Translations under genes and position numbers: made by a program | The notes under the pieces: generated by a model | Databases searched by the model: none | Told to the model about the DNA's origin: nothing | The model's input: only the letters and a program-made list of their open reading frames with translations | Part shown: positions 38,824 through 47,069 of the stretch, in pieces | Layout of the letters: each line of letters begins with the position of its first letter | Position numbering within the stretch: position 1 is the first letter of the stretch | Source: Cytophagales bacterium | Lineage (GTDB): Bacteria; Bacteroidota; Bacteroidia; Cytophagales; JAAEPT01 | DNA length: 58,976 nucleotides | Direction: 5' to 3' | Assembly (NCBI GenBank): GCA_043770215.1 | Contig: JAYVIQ010000045.1 | Coordinates: 1 to 58,976 of the forward strand

Positions 38824-39039
38824 ATGGGACCAAAGTATAAAAATGTAAAACACGTTGGGAAATCTGACCCAAGTTCAGAAGGTACACCAAAAAAAGAGGT
38901 TTTTGGAGGCGTTCTTAAAAATAAAAAACATGTGTTTGATCCAAACAAAGCTGTTGTGTTGCCAGAGAATTCAGAAGATACTTTTTCTACTGGACCAAAA
39001 GCTAAGTTGAAAATACATGGGAAAAGCAAAGATCAATAA
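38824..39039 (+). CDS. Possible small Lys-rich protein (71 aa), unknown
   Basis: This is the only open frame in an otherwise stop-dense gap of about 880 bp. Its local composition is less AT-rich than the flanks. I recognise no homology, and an antisense ORF of similar size also exists here. Confidence 0.25.
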   Translation: MGPKYKNVKHVGKSDPSSEGTPKKEVFGGVLKNKKHVFDPNKAVVLPENSEDTFSTGPKAKLKIHGKSKDQ

Positions 39040-39207
39040 GGGTTTTAAAAAGTTAACAATTTGACCACAAGTCAACTATCTTTCTCATTTTATGGGAAAG
39101 ATATTTTTTTTACTGTTTTTGATAAGTACCATTTTTATATCAGTATATTCGCTTTATGTGGTCATATTTATTGTTCCTATGTCCCGTATATTTTAAATCA
39201 AAACACT

Positions 39208-39594
39208 ATGAAAAAAGACCTTGAAGATAGAAAAGACATAGAATTTTTAGTAGATGTTTTTTACAACAATGTTTTTAAAAACGACAAACTGATTCCATTT
39301 TTTAGTGGCGATTTAAACATTGACTTTGAACACCACAAGCCTATAATGGTAGATTTTTGGGAATTTATTTTGTTTCAAACCCCAATGGTGTATATGCGCA
39401 ATGTTATGAATCCACATTTAGAATTGAATAAGAAAATGCCAATTAAACCAGAGCATTTCCAAGCTTGGATAAATTTATTTAGTGAAACAATAGATACCTA
39501 TTTCGAAGGTCCAAAAACAGAGCAAGCAAAGGAATCTGCTAAAACCATAGGGCTTACTATGGAGTATAAAATTAAAAGTTTAAAAAGCGATTAA
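39208..39594 (+). CDS. Group III truncated-haemoglobin-like globin
   Basis: I moved the start to ATG 39208 (MKKDLEDRKDIEFLVDVFYNNVFKNDKLIPFF...HKPIMVDFWEFILF...HFQAWINLF). This is the pattern of the small bacterial globin family. The track's TTG-started extension looks non-coding. Confidence 0.6.
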   Translation: MKKDLEDRKDIEFLVDVFYNNVFKNDKLIPFFSGDLNIDFEHHKPIMVDFWEFILFQTPMVYMRNVMNPHLELNKKMPIKPEHFQAWINLFSETIDTYFEGPKTEQAKESAKTIGLTMEYKIKSLKSD

Positions 39595-39738
39595 CAGAAG
39601 GATGCAATAACATGTAGTCTTCAAGTTACTTTTATAGATCTGCTATTCTTTTAATCCAAAAGCTGGATTAGGGCAATAAGTTAAAGCTCTTAGTACAAAA
39701 ATATAAGTAAAACCAATGTGTGATACAATTTAGAGGGA

Positions 39739-40108
39739 TTACATAAAATTTGACTCAGCTAAAAGCACAATTACTCCCGTAATAAAACCAAGAGCGTCTA
39801 ACCATGTAATGTTTTTAAAGTACCAAATGAAATCCATTTTTCTCCATACTTATAGCCGCCACACCAGCAGCAGAACCTATAATGAGCATAGAGCCACCAG
39901 TACCAGCGGAAAATGCAATGAGGTGCCATATTTTGGCATCTATTGGTTCTGTAAACATACCCATAGAGGCAGCAACCAAAGGAACATTGTCTATTATAGC
40001 AGATACTACACCTAGAATTACGGCTAAGATATCTGTATTTGGGATGATTAATTTAATTTCTTCTGTCATGGCTCTTAAAGACCCAAAACTATTTAAGCAT
40101 AAACTCAC
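39739..40108 (-). pseudogene. nhaD: Remnant of an NhaD/ArsB-type Na+/H+ antiporter (last ~120 codons only, frameshifted)
   Basis: The track ORF 39815-40108 reads ...AVILGVVSAIIDNVPLVAASMGM...IAFSAGTGGSMLIIGSAAGVAAISMEKNGFHLVL*. Shifting frame at the A-run near 39830 continues as FIWYFKNITWLDALGFITGVIVLLAESNFM* with a stop at 39739-39741. This is the usual NhaD C-terminus as I remember it. The roughly 350 N-terminal codons are absent, because nhaA ends at 40146. Confidence 0.65.
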
Positions 40109-40145
40109 TCACTCAGAAACGGTGAGTAGTATCTCTAAAAAAACC

Positions 40146-41285
40146 TCATATTTTTTTTAACTGTATTTTTAAATATATATAGCCTATTAGTGCAGCAACT
40201 GATGAGGATATTAAAATGGTAAGTTTTGTATTATTTATTATTAATTGATTATCATAAGCCAGTAAGGTTATAAAAATTGACATGGTAAAACCTATACCAC
40301 CTAAAATGCCTGCACCAAATATAAGTTTCCAGTTTAACTCATCTGGAAGCTTACATATTCCAAAAGAAACAGCAACAAATGATACAATAAAAATACCGAT
40401 AGGTTTACCAAGTACAAGCCCAAAAAAAACACCTTGGCTATATTCTTGTACAATAATTTCTTTAAAATCACCACTTACAACCAAAGACGTATTTGCTAAA
40501 GCAAATAAGGGCAAAATAAGAAATGCTACAGGTTTATGCAAAAAATGTTGGATTTTAAATGAAATAGAGTTTTTGTTTCCATTTTCAAACGGAAGTGCTA
40601 TTGCTAGTAAAACACCAGTAATTGTTGCATGAACTCCAGAATTTAACATAAAATACCACATAAAACCACCTCCTAATAGATAAATAGCTATGTTTTTTAT
40701 CTTTAATTTATTTAAAATCATCAATAGCCCGAAAATACCTAGAGATAAAAGTAGATTACCTATAACTAGATTTTTAGTATAAAAAAATGCTATAATTAAT
40801 ATTGCTCCTAAGTCATCTATGACAGCAAAAGCCGCTAAAAAAATTTTTAAAGAAGCAGGAATATTTTTTCCCAACAAAGATAAAACACCTAAAGCAAATG
40901 CAATATCAGTGGCCATAGGTATACCAGCCCCTGTTTTAGTTACAGTTCCATGGTTAAAAAGTATAAAAATAATTGCAGGTGCAATCATACCGCCAATTGC
41001 ACCAAAAAAAGGTAAAAGTGCTTTTTTTATATTAGATAATTCTCCTAAGTAAACTTCTCTTTTTAATTCTAATCCTATTAAAAGAAAAAATATGGTCATT
41101 AATCCATCATTAATCCAGTATTCTAGGTTGTTACCAAGTAAATTTAACTTCCAAAAATGATGATATAAATCTCCAGAAGACGAATTTGCAAGAACCAAAG
41201 AGAAGATTGTGCACAAAATAATTGTTATACCACCTGATTTTTCATTATTAAAAAAGGCATTAAATAATTTCATTAGTTTTACCAT
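40146..41285 (-). CDS. nhaA: Na+/H+ antiporter NhaA
   Basis: It has FFNNEKSGGITIILCTIFSLVLANS...WINDGLMTIFFLLIGLELKRE...AVIDDLGAILIIAFFY, including the NhaA signature DD pair. Confidence 0.9.
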   Translation of the reverse strand: MVKLMKLFNAFFNNEKSGGITIILCTIFSLVLANSSSGDLYHHFWKLNLLGNNLEYWINDGLMTIFFLLIGLELKREVYLGELSNIKKALLPFFGAIGGMIAPAIIFILFNHGTVTKTGAGIPMATDIAFALGVLSLLGKNIPASLKIFLAAFAVIDDLGAILIIAFFYTKNLVIGNLLLSLGIFGLLMILNKLKIKNIAIYLLGGGFMWYFMLNSGVHATITGVLLAIALPFENGNKNSISFKIQHFLHKPVAFLILPLFALANTSLVVSGDFKEIIVQEYSQGVFFGLVLGKPIGIFIVSFVAVSFGICKLPDELNWKLIFGAGILGGIGFTMSIFITLLAYDNQLIINNTKLTILISSSVAALIGYIYLKIQLKKI

Positions 41286-41418
41286 GATGGTTTTGTTTTT
41301 TTAATAGGGAAATTTAGGAAATCAATTGTTTTTTTATTGAATGTAAAGTTAAGTTTATTAACGTTTAAGCCTATCATAGGCTGATTTAAAAATGATATTT
41401 AATGGCAAATTATATTTT

Positions 41419-41588
41419 GTGAATATCCGCAATGATACCAGTACCTATTATTTTTTTGCGAAAAGGATCGAAGCGGAGCTCTTTGTTGTTTTTTCAGCAA
41501 CAAAAGCGAGAGCGTAGAGCCTGACCCGATAGGGTTTCGCCCAAAATCACTAATCAATTCCACTACTTGTACAATTACGGATATTCAC
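41419..41588 (+). mobile_element. MITE-like element, copy 4 (170 bp)
   Basis: The element runs GTGAATATCCGCAATGATACC ... TGTACAATTACGGATATTCAC. The flanking 10-mers are ATTATATTTT (41409-41418) and TTTATATTTT (41589-41598), a 9/10 match. Confidence 0.85.
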
Positions 41589-41693
41589 TTTATATTTTTA
41601 TTAAATCTAGATTGTGATAACAAAAACTTAAAATTTATTAGAGAGAAATAATCTGTTTTAATTCTTTAAAAATTAGTTTTTGAGCCTCTAGGT

Positions 41694-42668
41694 TTAATAT
41701 CCTTCTCTTATTTTTGCTTTTACATATACACCTGACGGGGTTAAATGTAAAGAATCTATCCAATTTCCTTGAGATCTAGCTCCTTCTCTTACTGCCGAAG
41801 CACTTTCATTTTTATCACAAATAGACCAGTTACACCAACTTATTTTGTTTTTATCCATCCAATTCATCCATTTATCTGTTTCTTTTAGGTCTAGATTTCC
41901 ATTGCCACTGGCTTGGCAAGTTCCAAATTCTGTTACCATCAAGCAAATGTTTTTGTCTAATGCTATTTGCCCTATATCTCTTAACTCTTGTTTGTGAGTG
42001 CTTGCATAAAAATGCAATGTATAAACTATGTTTGTCCCTTTTATTGGGTCAGCAGCTGCTTGGTCTACCAATTGAGACCAGCGTGGAGTGCCTACTACAA
42101 TAATATTGTCAGGATCATGTTTTCTAATGGTATCTATTACTTGCTCAGCATACCATTTTACAGAATCCCAAGTACATAGAGGTTCATTGTATATTTCATA
42201 AATTACATTGGGATTATGACCGTATTTTTGAGCTATTTGTGCAAAAAATATTTTAGATTCTTTTACTGATCTTTGTGCATAGTGTGCGTGATAATCTATT
42301 AAAACATAAATGTCATTTTTTATAGCTCCTTGTATTACTTGCTCTACTTTTGCTTTTTCTATAACAGGATTTTCTAAATAGCCACCCATTTCAACCCCCA
42401 TACAAGCGCGTATTATTCCACTTTTCCAATCTTTGGCCATATATTTTACCAAATTTTGATTAAAAAATCTACCGCCTTCCCATTGAGACCAGAACAAAGA
42501 CATTCCTTTTAGCTGGGTAGGAGTTCCATTTTTATCTACAATAAACCTGCCTTTTACACTCAACTGACCATGTTTAGTAACTGGCCCTTCAAAAGCTAAT
42601 GTGGCAGACCAAAGTAAAAATGAAATTGGAAGAAGAAGGACTAAGGAAACTACTTTAATATTTTTCAT
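41694..42668 (-). CDS. Glycoside hydrolase family 5 endoglucanase (secreted)
   Basis: It has a signal peptide. YEIYNEP carries the acid/base Glu and VTEFG carries the nucleophile Glu. LHFYA is also present. Confidence 0.85.
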   Translation of the reverse strand: MKNIKVVSLVLLLPISFLLWSATLAFEGPVTKHGQLSVKGRFIVDKNGTPTQLKGMSLFWSQWEGGRFFNQNLVKYMAKDWKSGIIRACMGVEMGGYLENPVIEKAKVEQVIQGAIKNDIYVLIDYHAHYAQRSVKESKIFFAQIAQKYGHNPNVIYEIYNEPLCTWDSVKWYAEQVIDTIRKHDPDNIIVVGTPRWSQLVDQAAADPIKGTNIVYTLHFYASTHKQELRDIGQIALDKNICLMVTEFGTCQASGNGNLDLKETDKWMNWMDKNKISWCNWSICDKNESASAVREGARSQGNWIDSLHLTPSGVYVKAKIREGY

Positions 42669-42710
42669 AATTCAAATATAAATAAAATATTTCTTTGTGC
42701 GTTCAAGTAT

Positions 42711-43679
42711 TTACAGGTGTTTATTTGCCCAAAGTTGTCTTTGTTCTAAAGTTAAAAAGGTCCAAACAACAATACGGCTTACTTTATTGCCCTGAGACAT
42801 GCCAATGGTTTTTACTTCTAATGCTCCAACTTTTTTGAGCGTTAGATATATGTTTTTTAAATTAGCCTCTTTAGAAACAAGTGTTGTAAACCAAAAACAC
42901 GACTGGGCAAAATGTTTGCTTTCATAAATCATGGTTCCTATAAATTTTGCTTCACCTCCCTCTGTCCAAAGTTCTTTGGTTTGACCGCCAAAATTAAGTG
43001 TAGGTTTATCTGTAGTTTTCTTAGAGGATAGATTTTTTACTTTTTTTGTATTGGCAGCATTGGCCTCAGCCTGCGATGCATGGAAAGGAGGGTTGCACAT
43101 GGTAAGATCATAAAATTCATCTTTTTCAATGATTCCCTTAAAAAAGTTACTTTTGTTTGCTTGTTTTCTTATTGTTAGACTATCTTTTAAAGAGGAATTA
43201 AAAGCAATGATTTTATTTGCAGATGCTATAGAGCCATCATCTATATCTGAACCTACAAACTTCCAAGAATAGATTTTGTTGCCTAGTATTGGGTAAATAC
43301 AATTAGCGCCAACACCTATATCTAAGCAGTTTATTTTATCTTTTAGTTTACTTATGTTTGAAGAAAAAGAGGTTTCTAATAAATCAGCTAAATAATGTAT
43401 GTAATCTGCTCTTCCTGGTATTGGAGGGCACAAATACCCTTTTGGGATATCCCAATTTTTGATGTCATAAACATGTTCAAGCAACGTTTTGTTGAGCATC
43501 TTTACAGCCTCTGGATCAGCAAAATCTATGGATAAATTATTGTATTCATTGATTTTTATATGGTTAGATAAAGAGGGGTTGGTGGAAATTAATGCCTCAA
43601 AATCATAAGGGAATCTATGTTTATTGTTTGGGTGTAAATTCTTTTTTTCTTCTGTATGATTTCTGTTTTTCGATTTCAT
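42711..43679 (-). CDS. rlmF: 23S rRNA (adenine1618-N6)-methyltransferase RlmF
   Basis: It has LHPNNKHRFPYDF, IPGRADYIHYLADLL, LDIGVGANCIYP and MCNPPFH. Confidence 0.85.
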   Translation of the reverse strand: MKSKNRNHTEEKKNLHPNNKHRFPYDFEALISTNPSLSNHIKINEYNNLSIDFADPEAVKMLNKTLLEHVYDIKNWDIPKGYLCPPIPGRADYIHYLADLLETSFSSNISKLKDKINCLDIGVGANCIYPILGNKIYSWKFVGSDIDDGSIASANKIIAFNSSLKDSLTIRKQANKSNFFKGIIEKDEFYDLTMCNPPFHASQAEANAANTKKVKNLSSKKTTDKPTLNFGGQTKELWTEGGEAKFIGTMIYESKHFAQSCFWFTTLVSKEANLKNIYLTLKKVGALEVKTIGMSQGNKVSRIVVWTFLTLEQRQLWANKHL

Positions 43680-43774
43680 AATTTCTGTAGGTAAATACGA
43701 TGCCTTATTCTATTCTGTTTATTGCTAATGCAAATCCAAGTGACAGATTTAACTAGTATAGTTGTGGTTAAATT

Positions 43775-43810
43775 AAAAAAGGTTCAGGAATATACGTTCC
43801 CAAACCTTTT
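43775..43810 (-). terminator. Intrinsic terminator downstream of the ABC-F gene
   Basis: The minus-strand transcript reads GGTTtgGGAAcgtataTTCCtgAACC followed by TTTTTT, starting 23 nt after the stop codon at 43833. Confidence 0.5.
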
Positions 43811-43832
43811 CTGTACTTTAAGCATCTTTAAA

Positions 43833-45683
43833 TTAAGCTTCGCTCAATTCTAGCCAACGCAACTCTATTTCATTTAATTCATCTTTAGCTTTTTGATGTT
43901 TTTTTGATAATTCTATCACATCTGTGGGTGCAGGGTTTGCGCTTAATTCAGATTCTATTTGCTTCAACATAGTTTGCAGTTCAGATATGCGTTTATCTAT
44001 TAGATCAAGTTCTTGTTTTTCTTTAAAAGAAAGTTTTTTTGAATCATCTTTAGTTTTAGAACCAGCAGGCTCAGACTTTTCTTTCTTTCTATTTTCTTGA
44101 TCTTGCTCTTTTTTGAAATCTAGGTACTCAGTAAATTTACCAATAAACTCAGAGGTCTTTCCTTTTCCTTCGAATACAAAATATCTGTCTACCACTTTAT
44201 CCAAGAAATATCTATCATGAGATACTATCAATAAACAACCAGGGAAATTCAATAAATAATCTTCTAACACAGACAAGGTTTGAATGTCTAAGTCATTGGT
44301 AGGCTCATCCAAAATCAAAAAATTTGGGTTTGCTACCAAGACTAGTAGAAGTTGCAATCTTTTACGTTCTCCACCACTGAGGGTAGAAACTTTGCTGTAT
44401 TGCATATTGCCATCAAACAAGAAACGCTCTAGTAATTTACCAGCTGTAATTATTTCTCCATTGGTAAGTTCTAAAAACTCACCAACATTTTTCACTACAT
44501 CTATCACTCTTTCATCTTCTGGTAGTTCGTAGCTATGCTGACGGTAATACCCAAATTTTGTATTTATTCCAGAAGAGATTTCACCACTTGTAAGAGGCAA
44601 TTCGCCTACCAATGCTTGTAAAAATGTAGTTTTACCCACACCACTTGGACCAATAATTCCCAATTTCTCATTTCTAGAAAACATGTAAGAAAAATTATCC
44701 AAAAAGCAGCTTTCGCCTAAATGTACTGTTGCTTTTTCTAGTTCTACTATTTTTTTACCTTGTCTAGCATTTGCTTGAACAAGGTCTAGTTTCACTTCGT
44801 CTTTTAATGAATGCGCTTTCGCTTTTATATCATCAAAACGTTCTACTCTGTATTTAGATTTGGTTCCTCTAGCTCTAGGCTGTTTGCGTATCCACTCTAA
44901 TTCTGATCTAAACAAGTTTTTGGCTTTATTTACTTCTCTAGCCTCTTGTTCTTGGCGCATGGCTTTGTTTTCTAAATACAAAGAGAAATTACCTTCATAT
45001 TTGTCTATGCCTTTGTCTGTAAGTTCTATAATATGAGTACATACCAATTCTAAAAAATACCTATCGTGCGTGACCATTAAAAGTGTCATTTTAGAGGTCA
45101 TTAGGTATTTTTCTAACCACTCTATGACATCTACATCTAAATGGTTGGTAGGTTCATCCAACAATAAAAAATCTGGCTCTTCTAGCAAGACTTTTGCTAA
45201 TCCTAAACGTTTCTTTTGTCCACCAGACAAAACGCCCACAACTTGGTCAAAATCATAAAGTTTAAGGTTTGTCAGTACCTCTTGTACTTTTGCTTCTACA
45301 TCCCAAGCATTAAAATCCGTCATTTTTGTGACTAAATCTCCAAATTCTTCTGACTCTGGTGCCGTAGCTGCTACTTCAAGGTATCTTTTTACAAGTTGTA
45401 TTACTGGATTGTCTATATTATACACCTCCTCAATTACCGTTTTGGTGTCGTCTACTTTAGGCTCTTGAGATAAATAGGCTACTTTTATATCATTATTGAT
45501 AGATACCGAGCCCTTGTCACAGGTTTCTAAACCCATAATCATCTTTAGCAATGTGCTTTTTCCTTTTCCATTTGTAGCAACTAAAGCTACTTTGTCTCCT
45601 TGTTCTAAACCAAAAGTAACGTTTTCAAACAATTTTTTTAGCCCATAAGATTTGGCTACATTTTCTACCGAAAGGTGATTCAT
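43833..45683 (-). CDS. ABC-F family ATPase (two ABC domains, no transmembrane domain)
   Basis: It has two Walker A motifs (GKGKST, GPSGVGKTT), two LSGG signatures (LSGGQKKR, LSGGERKR), two Walker B motifs (LLLDEPTNHLD, LILDEPTNDLD) and a C-terminal Lys/Glu coiled-coil tail. Confidence 0.9.
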   Translation of the reverse strand: MNHLSVENVAKSYGLKKLFENVTFGLEQGDKVALVATNGKGKSTLLKMIMGLETCDKGSVSINNDIKVAYLSQEPKVDDTKTVIEEVYNIDNPVIQLVKRYLEVAATAPESEEFGDLVTKMTDFNAWDVEAKVQEVLTNLKLYDFDQVVGVLSGGQKKRLGLAKVLLEEPDFLLLDEPTNHLDVDVIEWLEKYLMTSKMTLLMVTHDRYFLELVCTHIIELTDKGIDKYEGNFSLYLENKAMRQEQEAREVNKAKNLFRSELEWIRKQPRARGTKSKYRVERFDDIKAKAHSLKDEVKLDLVQANARQGKKIVELEKATVHLGESCFLDNFSYMFSRNEKLGIIGPSGVGKTTFLQALVGELPLTSGEISSGINTKFGYYRQHSYELPEDERVIDVVKNVGEFLELTNGEIITAGKLLERFLFDGNMQYSKVSTLSGGERKRLQLLLVLVANPNFLILDEPTNDLDIQTLSVLEDYLLNFPGCLLIVSHDRYFLDKVVDRYFVFEGKGKTSEFIGKFTEYLDFKKEQDQENRKKEKSEPAGSKTKDDSKKLSFKEKQELDLIDKRISELQTMLKQIESELSANPAPTDVIELSKKHQKAKDELNEIELRWLELSEA

Positions 45684-45890
45684 ATATGTGTTTTGTAATG
45701 ATTTAGTTTTTCTCTAAAAGGAAAAAGACTTTTTTGTTTATTTGTACTTAAAGTATTTGTTATCCAAACTATATTTTTTGTAGAAATACCATTCTAAATA
45801 AAACTGTATTTTTTCTTTTTTTTTATAAAGAATAAAGCGTTATTGAAACTATTCCTTTCAAAAAAAATAGTTGAACTGTGTCTTTCTAAA

Positions 45891-46337
45891 TTATCTTAAG
45901 GTATCAGAAACTACAGAAATAGAGTCTTTTCTAACATTTGCTGTGTCTAAAGATAACCGTTCTATGATACTATCTTCAGATTCTTGTAAGTCATCTGTCA
46001 TAATATCTATAAGTGTGTCTAAAACAAGTTCATTTTCATCTTCTTCTAAATATTTAGGATTAATTTTTGGTAGCTCTTCAGTAAGCAAGTCATTCTCATC
46101 TAAATACTCTTCTATACGTCTTAGTGTATTTAGGTTTGGAATATACTCAATAATTATTTCCCCATTGGCAGAGTCAATTTCTACATCTCCAATTCCTTTT
46201 TCAGATAAAATATAGTCTATTTCGTCTTTTTGACTTTTGGTTGGAGATTTTATTTTATATTTTTTTATTTCATACTTATTGCAAGAAAAAAGCAACAAGG
46301 CACTTAAAATGACAGTAATTTTAATTATTCTTTGCAT
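45891..46337 (-). CDS. Small acidic lipoprotein, unknown
   Basis: I moved the start to the internal Met (MQRIIKITVILSALLLFSCNK has a lipobox), computed from the track frame. The C-terminal half is very acidic. The longer track ORF would overlap the divergent FAH gene. Confidence 0.45.
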   Translation of the reverse strand: MQRIIKITVILSALLLFSCNKYEIKKYKIKSPTKSQKDEIDYILSEKGIGDVEIDSANGEIIIEYIPNLNTLRRIEEYLDENDLLTEELPKINPKYLEEDENELVLDTLIDIMTDDLQESEDSIIERLSLDTANVRKDSISVVSDTLR

Positions 46338-46457
46338 ATAAATTTTTGAATGCTCAACTTTGCACTCCAATTGTTGTATGTACAGACCAACTCTATTTTT
46401 ATGGAATGTATTTATAACAAAGTTACATAGAGGTTTACGATATTTGATGCATTTACA

Positions 46458-47069
46458 ATGAAAATATTTGGCATAGGTCATAATTATAAGAAACATATAC
46501 AAGAACTTGGTTCTGCAATGCCAGAAAATCCTGTTGTATTTACCAAACATGATACATCATTGCTCAAAAACAATGATGCGTTTTATCACCCAAGTTTTAC
46601 TTCTAACATTCATCATGAAATAGAGGTGGTTGTAAAAATAGGTAAAGTGGGCAAAAACATAGCTCTAGAATTTGCACATCTGTATTATTCTGAAATAGCT
46701 TTAGGGGTAGATTTTACAGCCAGAGACTTGCAAAATGAGCTAAAAGACAAAGGCTTACCTTGGGATTTAGCCAAAGGATTTGATGCTAGTGCGCCAATCT
46801 CTTCGTTTATTCCACTTGCTACATTTGAAGACATTCAGAGCATAGATTTTAGATTAGATATAAATGGAGAAACAAGGCAAATAGGAAATACTTCTGACAT
46901 GATATTTACGGTAAATGAAATTATAGTTTATTTGTCTAAATTTTTTACACTTAAAACAGGCGATTTAATTTTTACAGGCACTCCGCAAGGAGTTTCTAAA
47001 ATAAACATTGGAGATACATTAACAGGATTTCTAGGCAACAAACAAGTATTAGACTTCCATATAAAATGA
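46458..47069 (+). CDS. Fumarylacetoacetate hydrolase (FAH) family protein
   Basis: KIFGIGHNYKKH...HHEIEVVVKIGK...ALGVDFTARDLQ...KGFDASAPIS...IFTGTPQGV is the standard pattern for short FAH-fold proteins. Confidence 0.85.
   Translation: MKIFGIGHNYKKHIQELGSAMPENPVVFTKHDTSLLKNNDAFYHPSFTSNIHHEIEVVVKIGKVGKNIALEFAHLYYSEIALGVDFTARDLQNELKDKGLPWDLAKGFDASAPISSFIPLATFEDIQSIDFRLDINGETRQIGNTSDMIFTVNEIIVYLSKFFTLKTGDLIFTGTPQGVSKINIGDTLTGFLGNKQVLDFHIK

Noticed and set aside
39809-40160. Plus-strand ORFs of 68 aa and 92 aa.
   Set aside because: They are antisense to the nhaD remnant, whose minus-strand translation carries recognisable transporter motifs.
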